Shown here in pieces: positions 39,249 through 48,093 of a stretch of DNA of 64,000 nt; position 1 is the first letter of the stretch; every line of letters begins with the position of its first letter. The DNA comes from Nostoc indistinguendum CM1-VF10 (GTDB taxonomy: Bacteria > Cyanobacteriota > Cyanobacteriia > Cyanobacteriales > Nostocaceae): assembly GCA_019359215.1 (NCBI GenBank), contig JAHHHS010000028.1:5482-69481 (forward strand). The letters run 5' to 3'. Under the pieces are notes generated by a model. That model searched no databases. It saw only the letters and a list, made by a program, of their open reading frames with translations, and had not been told where the DNA came from. The translations under genes were made by a program, and so were the position numbers.

Positions 39249-40997
39249 ATGTTGCTTTGCCTGCGAATTGAAAACTTTGCCCTAATTGACCAACTGGAAT
39301 TGGAATTCGGCGCGGGACTAAATGTGTTGACAGGTGAAACTGGCGCTGGAAAATCGATTATCTTGGATGCCATTGATGCGGTTTTGGGCGGTAAAGTCTC
39401 TAGTCGAGTCATTCGCACAGGAACAAATCGGGCAATGGTAGAAGCTACTTTTACCTCAAACGCCCCCCTAGCAGCTTGGTTGACCGAACAAGAAATAGAT
39501 TTGCTTGATGAAAATTCCGTAGTCATTAGCCGAGAAATTACAGCCACTGCTACTAATATCCGTAGTCGATCGCGGGTGAATGGCGTGTTGGTAAATCGGC
39601 AGATAATGGGAGGAATGCGCGATCGCTTGGTGGAAATCACAGCCCAAGGCCAAACGGTACAAGTGGGACAATCTGCCCAAGTCCGCGACTGGTTAGATTT
39701 ATATGGGGGTGACTCTCTGATGCAGCAGCGTCATCGGGTCGCTACGAGCTTCAGTAGTTACCAACAGGCGCATTCAGCACTAGAAAAACGCCGGACATCG
39801 GAACGGGAACGGTTGCAACAACTCGATTTGCTCACTTATCAAGTGCAAGAATTGGGAGCAGCAAATCTCAGCGAACCTGATGAATTGGAACAATTGGGAC
39901 AAGAACGGGAACGCCTAAATCATGTCGTTGATTTGCAACAAATGAGTTACAAGGTTTATCAGGCTTTGTATCAAAACGATAATGAAACTCCCGCCGCAGG
40001 TGATTTATTGGGAGACAGTGAGGCGATATTAAATGACATGGTGGAATATGATACGCAATTGCAACCCCTATTGGAATTGGTGAGGGACGCGCAAGCTGCG
40101 GTAATGGAAGTGGGAAGGCAGATCAATGCCTATGGGGATGGATTGGAAGCTGATCCGCATCGGTTGGAAGAGGTGGAAGAACGGATTCAGGAATTAAAGC
40201 AAATTTGCCGCAAATATGGGCCGACACTTACAGAAGCGATCGCTTATTACCAACGTATTCAAGGGGAATTAGCCCAACTTAACGACAGCGAACAATCTAT
40301 CGAAAACCTAGAACAGCAAGAAAAGGCGTGTTTTGAAAAACTCACCCAAGCAACTAATCAGTTAACTCAACTACGGAGTAAAGCGGCTGCTAATTTAGAA
40401 TCACGTTTGATAGCTGAACTCAAGCCCCTAGCGATGGAAAAGGTGAAGTTTCAGGTTGAGATAGTGCCTACTTTCCCAACTGCTATGGGAGCAGATAAAA
40501 TTACCTTTATGTTTAGTCCCAACCCTGGAGAACCACTGCAACCTTTAATGGAAATTGCCTCTGGGGGGGAAATGAGTCGCTTTTTATTGGCGCTGAAAGC
40601 TTGTTTTTCTCAGGTTGATGCAGCTGGGACAATGGTATTTGATGAAATTGATGTCGGGGTTTCGGGAAGGGTAGCTCAAGCGATCGCGGAAAAATTACAC
40701 CAGCTAAGTCAACGTAACCAAGTATTATGTGTTACTCACCAGCCTTTAGTTGCGGCAATGGCTGATCGGCATTTCCGCGTCGATAAGCAAACTGTCAATC
40801 AAGGTAAAGGGAAAAAAGCCAATAATGGTAACACTGAGCAGCGTACTGTTGTGCGAGTTACTACATTAGATAATTTAAATACTCGCCGGGAAGAACTAGC
40901 ACAGTTAGCTGGTGGTAAATCTGCAAGTGATGCGATCGCTTTTGCAGAATCTCTGTTATTACAAGCTGCTGACCACCGTCGCGGGGAGCAAACTTAA
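39249..40997 (+). CDS. recN: DNA repair protein RecN
   Basis: MLLCLRIENFALID start, Walker A GETGAGKS, long coiled coil, SGGEMSR signature, Walker B VFDEIDVGVSG. The ORF opens at TTG 39207 but ATG 39249 gives the canonical N-terminus. Confidence 0.9.
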   Translation: MLLCLRIENFALIDQLELEFGAGLNVLTGETGAGKSIILDAIDAVLGGKVSSRVIRTGTNRAMVEATFTSNAPLAAWLTEQEIDLLDENSVVISREITATATNIRSRSRVNGVLVNRQIMGGMRDRLVEITAQGQTVQVGQSAQVRDWLDLYGGDSLMQQRHRVATSFSSYQQAHSALEKRRTSERERLQQLDLLTYQVQELGAANLSEPDELEQLGQERERLNHVVDLQQMSYKVYQALYQNDNETPAAGDLLGDSEAILNDMVEYDTQLQPLLELVRDAQAAVMEVGRQINAYGDGLEADPHRLEEVEERIQELKQICRKYGPTLTEAIAYYQRIQGELAQLNDSEQSIENLEQQEKACFEKLTQATNQLTQLRSKAAANLESRLIAELKPLAMEKVKFQVEIVPTFPTAMGADKITFMFSPNPGEPLQPLMEIASGGEMSRFLLALKACFSQVDAAGTMVFDEIDVGVSGRVAQAIAEKLHQLSQRNQVLCVTHQPLVAAMADRHFRVDKQTVNQGKGKKANNGNTEQRTVVRVTTLDNLNTRREELAQLAGGKSASDAIAFAESLLLQAADHRRGEQT

Positions 40998-41090
40998 CAA
41001 GTTTAGGTAACTCCATAAGCGTTTATGCTCTTGGATCTTCCCAAAGTAACAAAAGCATTCGAGGAAAGCGATCGCATTTGAAGTTGAATC

Positions 41091-41526
41091 GTTTCAACAC
41101 CCCTTCCAGCTAGAGGCGATTTGAAAGGAGTGAACACACAAAAAAGAAAAGCAATCAAAAGTATTTCAATACCCTTCTCCCTTCTCAGTTAAAGATGGTT
41201 TAAAATCAGGAAAAATGAGACTTTGCACGATAATACTTTTTTACGTTTCAAAAGCATTCCTAGTTAGAGATGAGCTGAAATAAAACTCTGAAAATTGACA
41301 ATTTTTGGCTCTTGCGTTGGTTTTATGGTATGGCATTAAAATAGCCATTTTATAGAAAGGTTCAAAAATTTAAAATCCAGTCATAGCAAGGAATATAGGC
41401 TCTGATTAGGTTTTATTTATTATTCGACTCCATAAAAAAACTGAAGAGCCCAATTTTTTTAGTGAGAGTTTTATAAACTTCTCTTAAAAATAGGTGGGTT
41501 GAAAGATTGGTAAAAGTCATAGAATT
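41091..41526 (+). CRISPR. Decayed CRISPR-like array: one good 37-nt repeat plus five degenerate copies; the last (atypical) repeat is followed by a mutL-matching spacer
   Basis: R1 GTTTCAACACCCCTTCCAGCTAGAGGCGATTTGAAAG at 41091-41127. Degenerate copies start at 41161, 41245, 41320, 41410 and 41468 (the last ends GGTGGGTTGAAAG at 41505). Irregular 58-90-nt spacing. No cas genes in the window. Confidence 0.55.
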
Positions 41527-41710
41527 CTTGGACTAATGGGGCAAAAACTTGTCAACTTACAGCAATTTTCATTTCTTTGAACTACAAATCCTCGTAGAGG
41601 ATAAGGTCTTGCTGGCAAGGTTAATGTATGACAGTAACACACCACGCTGAGAAGTTTAACGATATTATTTTTTAAATGGTTAGCTAACACGATTTTATGG
41701 CATGTTAATG

Positions 41711-41775
41711 CGGACATTATTTTGGCAAAACGGACATTAATTTGTCAACGCAGACAAATAATTTGGCAAACGACA
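41711..41775 (+). mobile_element. Three 20-bp-spaced direct repeats resembling TnsB-binding sites of a Tn7-like (CAST) transposon end, terminating in ACA
   Basis: Cores GACATTATTTTGGCAAA (41713), GACATTAATTTGTCAA (41733) and GACAAATAATTTGGCAA (41753). The last core is followed by ACGACA, ending at 41775. Confidence 0.5.
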
Positions 41776-41813
41776 ACCTACCGCGTGGTCTAGTATTGGC
41801 ATTACTGAAAACA

Positions 41814-43496
41814 TCAAATTCCATGACTTTTACCAATTACCCAATTACGCCGGAAAAACCGGGCTAAAGCTGATTCTTCTAAAGATAAATAAATTGGTCG
41901 TCCGTGGGGACAGGTGCGAGGGTTGCGAGTACGTTGCCAATTATCTAAAAGTGTCTGCATTTCTTGTTGGTTCATAGGTGTACCATTACGAATGGCACTG
42001 CGACAGGCAACAGCTACTTGGGCTGTTTGTAAGTCGCCTCCCCAACTAAGTTCTAAAATTGCTTCTGCACAGTTGTCTCGTTGTTGCAAAGGTGCGGGTA
42101 TGTTTCGCACTGCCCAAAGTTGTTCGCCAAAGGGGTCTATTTCTAAACCGATGCGTTGCAATTGCGATACTTGCGCTGGCGATAATTGATAAAGAATAAT
42201 TGGTGGTTCGACGGGAACAAGTTGCCAATCATCACACAATTGCTCATACAAAACTCGCTCATGGGCAATGTGCTGTTCTACTAACCACATTCCCCCAGAG
42301 TGTTCCGCCACAATATAAGTGTTGCTAACTTGAGCAACAGCTTTCAAGGTGTTAGGAGTTTTGTGATTTTCGTTGGGATTTTGAGGATTGAAATTGTAGC
42401 CGCCTTTTGCTTCTGCAACTTTGAGTAATTTACTAACTCGTGTTGTGTGGACAGCTTCATTGAGATTGTTAGAAGAGATGCTGAGTGCTTGGTTAATTGC
42501 TTGGGTAATTTGCTCTTGCCAATAAATGATTTCGTTGAGGTAAATTTCTGTTTTTGCTGGATTGCGATTCCAATTAATTTGCTCAGGGGAAATCGCAAGA
42601 TGTAAGAAACAAATTGGATAGCGATCGCGTGGTAATGTTTTATGAAATGCTGATAATATTGTTTGCTCTAGTTCTGGTGTCTTAACCATCCTGCCGTTGA
42701 TGGCTACACGCACCCAATCTGGACGATGACGATGACAGCGATCAGGTAATCCTACCACTAAATTGAGTGCTGAGTGGGGAGTGGGGAGTGGGGAGTTATG
42801 CGGGTTGGGTATTTCGAGTTTCAATTCTTGCAAATCACCTTGTCGCACCTGGGGTAAAATCTGCGGTAGCAACTGCCCAGTTGTCTTAGCAGGAGAGATG
42901 CTGAACCATTGACGGTCATTTTGGCAAACTTGCCAGGTGACGTGGGGATGACATAAAGCAATTTGTTGAATTGTGGCTTGCACGGCTTTCATTTGCTGTG
43001 CGATTGTAGGCAATCCTTGACGACGAGATGAGCAATTACCGAAAAGATGAGAAACTGTTACCACTGTACCAGGTGCGATCGCAGTTACTTCAACTTGCAC
43101 AACTTCCCCACCATTGCCATAGCTAATCCGCCATCCTAATTTTCCATTCACAGGACGACTCAAAATTTCTAAATCTGCCAGAGTCGTCAAACTATGCAAC
43201 GCCTCACCACGAAACCCCAAACTGTTAATTTTCCATAAATCGGCACTAGAGCGAATTTTACTAGTGCTGTGGGCTGTGGCTGCTTGCTGCAAATCATCTA
43301 GGTTCATCCCACAACCATTATCTGCCACACGAATTCGCCATTGCTGCGGCCATAGAGAAACCACAATGCGCGTTGCACCTGCGTCTAGGGAATTTTCTAC
43401 CAATTCCCGCACCACAGAAGCAAAACAGTCGATTACCTCACCAGCTGTAATAAGATATACGACTTCTGTTGGTAGAGCTTGAATAGTAGATGCCAT
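41814..43496 (-). CDS. mutL: DNA mismatch repair protein MutL
   Basis: Start at ATG 43496 (MASTIQALPTEVV). GHKL ATPase motifs ELVENSLDAGA, DNGCGM and FRGEAL. C-terminal dimerisation/endonuclease region. The linker contains an in-frame GGGGAGT heptamer tract. Confidence 0.9.
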   Translation of the reverse strand: MASTIQALPTEVVYLITAGEVIDCFASVVRELVENSLDAGATRIVVSLWPQQWRIRVADNGCGMNLDDLQQAATAHSTSKIRSSADLWKINSLGFRGEALHSLTTLADLEILSRPVNGKLGWRISYGNGGEVVQVEVTAIAPGTVVTVSHLFGNCSSRRQGLPTIAQQMKAVQATIQQIALCHPHVTWQVCQNDRQWFSISPAKTTGQLLPQILPQVRQGDLQELKLEIPNPHNSPLPTPHSALNLVVGLPDRCHRHRPDWVRVAINGRMVKTPELEQTILSAFHKTLPRDRYPICFLHLAISPEQINWNRNPAKTEIYLNEIIYWQEQITQAINQALSISSNNLNEAVHTTRVSKLLKVAEAKGGYNFNPQNPNENHKTPNTLKAVAQVSNTYIVAEHSGGMWLVEQHIAHERVLYEQLCDDWQLVPVEPPIILYQLSPAQVSQLQRIGLEIDPFGEQLWAVRNIPAPLQQRDNCAEAILELSWGGDLQTAQVAVACRSAIRNGTPMNQQEMQTLLDNWQRTRNPRTCPHGRPIYLSLEESALARFFRRNWVIGKSHGI

Positions 43497-43695
43497 AAAT
43501 TCTAGTTTATAGCTTCTGGGTGCAAGAGAAGTGGAGAGATGTACAAGAAATTGCTGACGTGGTAACATTCATGGCGAGCTACCAATTTATAATTGGTATT
43601 ATACGCTTACTTACTAGAAAATTGATTTTTTACCTCAGAGTAAAAAATTTTGCTCGTTGTCAAAGCCAATATTCTTTTATAGTAGAGGACTGCAA

Positions 43696-44367
43696 ATGAC
43701 ACTGCGATCGTACAACAGTATATGTCTTGTTTCACTAGTTTTCTCTTTAGTTAGTGTGGGTGCGAGTACAGCAAAAGTGATCGCTCAGACTACTTATCCT
43801 TTTGAAGCTACCTACAACTCAGAAATTACCACTAAAGAAACGAACATACCATTGGTTTTAGATACAACTGTCATCGGCGAAACTCTCGATGCACCATATA
43901 ATTTAACTAACCTGATAATCAGGAACTACAGTCAGGTTGATCCTAATACTGGTGTAGCTACATACAATTCCGATCCAGCAACCTTTGGTTTACAAAACGT
44001 ACCATTTGGTACTCTTACTTTGTCTGGTCAAGGAAATGATAAACTCTTTGGAACTAATGCAGGTACTGCTTCGCTTGAGAGCGGTTCTGGTACAATAAGT
44101 ATCACTGGTGGTGAAGGTAGATTTATAGGTGCTACTGGCACCTTAGATTTATTTCAGACTATTACATCCAATCCAGACCCAACTGGGCTAACTGCACCTA
44201 TAATATCGCCGGCAAGAATAAGTGGCTCGTTTGTGGTATCCCAAGGAGTTCCGGAACCGAAAACTGATGCGATGTTAGTTGCGATAGGTGTCATTGGAAC
44301 TGGTTTGGTGCTGCGCCGACACCGCCGATCTTCGGCTGTTAGAAGTAAAGTATATCAGGTTCGTTAA
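43696..44367 (+). CDS. PEP-CTERM sorting-domain protein
   Basis: Signal peptide from ATG 43696 (MTLRSYNSICLVSLVFSLVSVGASTAKVIAQ). C-terminal VPEP + hydrophobic helix + RRHRR. The ORF opens at TTG 43657. Confidence 0.75.
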   Translation: MTLRSYNSICLVSLVFSLVSVGASTAKVIAQTTYPFEATYNSEITTKETNIPLVLDTTVIGETLDAPYNLTNLIIRNYSQVDPNTGVATYNSDPATFGLQNVPFGTLTLSGQGNDKLFGTNAGTASLESGSGTISITGGEGRFIGATGTLDLFQTITSNPDPTGLTAPIISPARISGSFVVSQGVPEPKTDAMLVAIGVIGTGLVLRRHRRSSAVRSKVYQVR

Positions 44368-44404
44368 GGGACTTTTGACAGAAATTAGATTGAAGATGTC
44401 TTAC

Positions 44405-44799
44405 AGAAAACATTAAATTCCATAACTTTTGCCAATTACCCAATTACGCCGGAAAAACCGCGCTAAAGCCGATTCTTCTAAAGATAGATAAATTGGGCGT
44501 CCGTGAGGAGAGGCGCGATTAAACCAATTCGCAAGTCGCAATTACGTTTTGTAACGGGGATTTTACCCTGACAGAAAACCTGCCGCCTGTAGAGGCAGGG
44601 CACTTAAACCCCCAAACTTTGTTAATTGCGTCCGTACTGGGGAGTGGGGAGGATTGGATATTTCGAGTTTCACCTCTTGTAAATCACCTTGTCGCACCTA
44701 GGGTAAAATCTGCGGTAGGAGTTGCCCAGTTGTCGCAGCTGGAGATATGGTGAACTATTGACGGTCATTTTGCCAAATCTGCCAGGTGACGTGACGATG
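44405..44799 (-). pseudogene. mutL relic (two collinear fragments of a second mutL copy)
   Basis: 44405-44517 aligns to 41806-41920 (mutL 3' end including stop), about 90 percent identity by hand count. 44633-44799 aligns to 42775-42949 (linker region), about 85-88 percent. Same strand and order as the intact gene; the N-terminal ATPase part is absent. Confidence 0.75.
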
Positions 44800-45158
44800 G
44801 GAGATGAAGAGGCGAATTTACGAGAAATTTTGCTTAATTGTCAAGAAAACTCAATCAAAAGGCTATTTTTGATAAATTGCTTGTGAGATGATAAGCCAGA
44901 AAACTATTTATTCCCTAATCGCTGGTTTTTTGTACTGCACATTAGACTTTTAACAAAAATCTGAATCAGCGAAAAGGAAACCACAGATAAACACCGATAA
45001 ATTCTCTGTGTACATCTGTGGTTTAATCCCTAAAAAATTGACTTTTGCAAGATATCTACTGTCCATTACAGCTTTCTCTACAGCATCATCAAAACTAACT
45101 GATTGCAACATTAATTAACATTAAATCATCTTACTTTCTGATTACCTCTAGGTGATGG

Positions 45159-46208
45159 TTAATTACTATCCCTTGTTGCCAAAACTTTAGGTGGTTCAGG
45201 TTTCAGCAACCCATTCAACAGAGATGCGGGACGTTGACTGTAAGGCCAAGCAAAAGCATGACGGAAAGCTGCATCCTGACAAGCTTGGAGTTGTGCAAAA
45301 CTGATAATGTTGTAAGTCAAGAGATTCTCATACTCAAACGGTAGACGCACATTGTGCAATCCAGCATTATCAGTACAGATAGCAATATCTACCCCAGCTT
45401 CAAAACAACGGTCAAAAACTAATTTGAGTTGACGGATATCCTGCAAAGTACCAGTTTTCAGGTAAGTTGTGGGGCAAACCTCTAAACACTGTCCGCGTTT
45501 AGCTACATCATTAAGTAACCCTGGATACAGTAGGGGAATTTGGATGCCGTGACCGATTCGCATGAGATAGGGTAATAGTTCGGGGTAACAGCCAGCAGTG
45601 GTTTCATATAGATGCCCGGTGGTCTTAACGCCCTGCGATCGCGCATAATCATATAAGCTAATCCATTCTTCTAAGCGATCGGCATAATAACTATCACCCC
45701 CCGCTACATCTACTGCACAGACATACTGCTTATTTTGCGCCGCCAAATCAACAATCGCCTTGTTCACCTCATAAGGTAGGCGCGTGTGCATACAGAGAAT
45801 TTGGCTAGTAACAATCGGATATTCTGGCTGGTGGCTGGCAAGCCCTACGACTTGTACAATTTCTGCCATCTTGTCAATTCTTTCTGATTGACTCAGATGC
45901 TCAGGTGTCCGCAAATAGGGAGTGTAGCGCAGCTCCAGATAAGCCAAATTTTCAAAAATGTAAGCGCCCCGCACCAAGCGATAGATAAAGTAAGGCAAAG
46001 TGTCCACAGTTTGCACACTTTCTACCAGGGTGTGTAATTCTAGATACTCATCCAGGGTGTTGCGTGGACGGGTGTAAAAATCTTCAAATTGTGAATAGTC
46101 AGCAAAGCGGGAAATCAACTCCGAAGAATGTCGCTCGAAATATCGCCATAAAACTCTTGGTACGACCGAGCCGCCTAGATGTCTATGTAATTCAGCATAT
46201 AAAGCCAT
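45159..46208 (-). CDS. add: Adenosine deaminase family metallohydrolase
   Basis: Start at ATG 46208 (MALYAELHRHLGGS, the HxHxxG metal motif). GHGI, and CTDNAG near the C-terminus. The longer ORF from GTG 46316 would read through a terminator-like hairpin. Confidence 0.8.
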   Translation of the reverse strand: MALYAELHRHLGGSVVPRVLWRYFERHSSELISRFADYSQFEDFYTRPRNTLDEYLELHTLVESVQTVDTLPYFIYRLVRGAYIFENLAYLELRYTPYLRTPEHLSQSERIDKMAEIVQVVGLASHQPEYPIVTSQILCMHTRLPYEVNKAIVDLAAQNKQYVCAVDVAGGDSYYADRLEEWISLYDYARSQGVKTTGHLYETTAGCYPELLPYLMRIGHGIQIPLLYPGLLNDVAKRGQCLEVCPTTYLKTGTLQDIRQLKLVFDRCFEAGVDIAICTDNAGLHNVRLPFEYENLLTYNIISFAQLQACQDAAFRHAFAWPYSQRPASLLNGLLKPEPPKVLATRDSN

Positions 46209-46274
46209 AGTGGTATTTTTATGTAAAAATTTCATCGATTGTAACAAAAACATAGAAGGAAAAATTTGGACTCG

Positions 46275-46303
46275 AAAAAAATTAGCTCCAGAGAAATTGG
46301 AGC
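46275..46303 (-). terminator. Intrinsic-terminator-like hairpin inside the add 5' leader
   Basis: On the minus strand, GCUCCA-auuucuc-UGGAGC followed by UAAUUUUUUU, about 67 nt upstream of the add ATG. Confidence 0.5.
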
Positions 46304-46319
46304 GGAGGTTTCCCACTAT

Positions 46320-46397
46320 CTGGATTTTTCAGATGAGGCTTCCGGCCTAGACGTTGCGCGAAGGTCAGGATTTTATCCTTATTTTCTGAAAATCCAG
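46320..46397 (-). promoter_or_regulatory. Structured leader element (13-bp closing helix enclosing 2-3 small hairpins) upstream of add
   Basis: ctggatttttcaga / tctgaaaatccag arms. Internal hairpins aggc-ttccg-gcct and aggat-ttt-atcct. Confidence 0.4.
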
Positions 46398-46574
46398 CAT
46401 TTATATAGTGTTTTGAGCATAAATAAACTTGACATTATCAAGATTAAATTGATAGGATTAAAAAATTTAATTTTTGTGTTATACTTAAAAAAACATTGCT
46501 ATTGTTAAGGAAAGTGAAATATAACAATATATTTTTCCTTTAACGAAGCAAATTCCTGGCAAGGTTGGTATTAA

Positions 46575-46784
46575 TTGAAAATTCAAGCGTTGGAAGTCAA
46601 GGCTGGCGATCGCATTATTGCTTACTGCAACAACAAAATGCAAACCTGTAAGGTAAAACGCATTTTAGATCCTGGTCAAGCTAATATCACACTATCAGTA
46701 TTCACCTCTGAGAATTATCGCGGCTGCTCAGTTTCATCTATAGTCCGTTTTCAGTCGAACGCTTTAGTTGATTTGGTGAGTTAA
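46575..46784 (+). CDS. Hypothetical small protein
   Basis: 69-aa ORF with TTG start and no recognisable motif. Confidence 0.3.
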   Translation: MKIQALEVKAGDRIIAYCNNKMQTCKVKRILDPGQANITLSVFTSENYRGCSVSSIVRFQSNALVDLVS

Positions 46785-47111
46785 AAATCAAGTAAATATT
46801 GAATCTCTAAAATATCTCTAGCTATTGTCCAGCCTCAAGCTGGATATAGTTATTATTAAAGGTGCGATGCCTGGTTTGGGCTACGCCTACGCACATACAA
46901 ATCCGTTAATTGTGGCTGGATAATTTTGCAGAAAAACGTCCTTACACTATAACAGTGCAGGCAGAAGTTTTTGAGAAAACTGATACTATACTCATGCACC
47001 ACCAAAAAATTAGAGAATTAGGCACAAAGTAATTAGAACTGTGCTTAGTTTCTAATAGTTTGTCAAATTTAAATTGATGGGTAATCAACTTCGCAGTAAG
47101 GACTTTAGTCC

Positions 47112-47870
47112 TTAATTTCGTTGCAACCACTCATCTAAGCGAGACATTTCCACCGCACGGTTCAACAGCAATCCATTCACCTCGTTTGAGCCGGAGTGGA
47201 GGGCTAAAATATAATACTTGCCGTTTATATTACTGATAATTGCACCTCCAGAAGCACCTTGATTAGTATCACAGTTGTGGTATAACACGTTATACTGACG
47301 GCGAAGGATACTGCATTCCAGGTGAACACCAGCAGTCATACTTTCACCAGCAGTAAGATTTTCATAACCTTTTTTCTTGGGATTGGGAAAATCACTAGAA
47401 TAGCCTACCAAAGCGAACTTTTTCGTATCGCCAACCAAACTAGGAGATGGTAGGGATTTCCAGCCCAAATAACCATATTTTTTACCAATAGGCTTGTTGA
47501 GCTTCAAAATCGCCCAATCATTTGCGTAATCGGCTAAATCGCCATTTTTAAAGTCTGTGCCGTAATAAACATTAGTGGCGTAGGCTACATCATCTTTATT
47601 TTTGACGACACCATTAGCTAAGTTTGGCTGAAATGCGATCGCTTGACTAACTTTTCCGGTTTTAGAGTTAACGACACAGTGAGCATTTGTCAAAACAACG
47701 TCTTCAGCAATCAACGTTCCCGTGCAACTGTAGCTGCTACCGTCAGTATCTACCCCCTCAATTTTACCAATGGCTGACCAAGGGTAGTCTCTGCTAGTCA
47801 TGGGAATACGGTCATCCTTTGAACCAATAATTACCCGTTCTCCGGGGAGTTTCTCTTTCTGATTTAGCAC
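47112..47870 (-). CDS. Trypsin-like (S1 family, V8/Glu-endopeptidase-like) serine peptidase
   Basis: LTNAHCV (His), DWAIL (Asp), CDTNQGASGGAI (Ser). GTG start. No signal peptide is visible; the upstream frame closes at a TGA about 80 nt above. Confidence 0.8.
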   Translation of the reverse strand: MLNQKEKLPGERVIIGSKDDRIPMTSRDYPWSAIGKIEGVDTDGSSYSCTGTLIAEDVVLTNAHCVVNSKTGKVSQAIAFQPNLANGVVKNKDDVAYATNVYYGTDFKNGDLADYANDWAILKLNKPIGKKYGYLGWKSLPSPSLVGDTKKFALVGYSSDFPNPKKKGYENLTAGESMTAGVHLECSILRRQYNVLYHNCDTNQGASGGAIISNINGKYYILALHSGSNEVNGLLLNRAVEMSRLDEWLQRN

Positions 47871-48093
47871 CGAAGGCTCCCCTTTTCCTTCTAGTTTAAA
47901 TTCTCCGGGATTTTCAACCTTGGTGGGGTTTGTGATTCGGCATCAAGTTTTTGCCTGTGTAGCCGCGAATTCCATTCGCCAAGGCAAAAGTAGACACGTA
48001 TGAGATGCGATCGCCGATTACGAAACTCAGTTTAAATGGAGAGTGGGAAGCGTAGCCGTAGCCGATCGTAGACATCGCTCTTTATAGTAGATA

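Noticed and set aside
41046-41083. A further CRISPR-repeat-like segment (gtaacaaaagcattcgaggaaagcgatcgcatttgaag) 7 nt upstream of the best repeat.
   Set aside because: The spacing is incompatible with a repeat-spacer unit and similarity is partial. It is mentioned only as possible debris of the same array.
41517-41717. 66-aa minus-strand ORF between the array and the transposon-end repeats.
   Set aside because: It has no start context or motif, and it overlaps sequence better explained as transposon-end or non-coding DNA.
45159-46208. Adenosine deaminase as part of a RADAR-like or other deaminase-based defence system, with the neighbouring peptidase.
   Set aside because: The size and motifs match ordinary housekeeping adenosine deaminase. 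There is no partner ATPase, and the peptidase is separated by about 800 nt of non-coding DNA and a doubtful small ORF.
46209-46400. Identification of the add leader as a classical adenine/guanine (purine) riboswitch.
   Set aside because: I could not find the conserved purine-aptamer junction and loop motifs (UAUA.. junction, the loop-loop pairing motifs, the specificity pyrimidine context). Only the generic aptamer-plus-terminator layout is retained as a finding.
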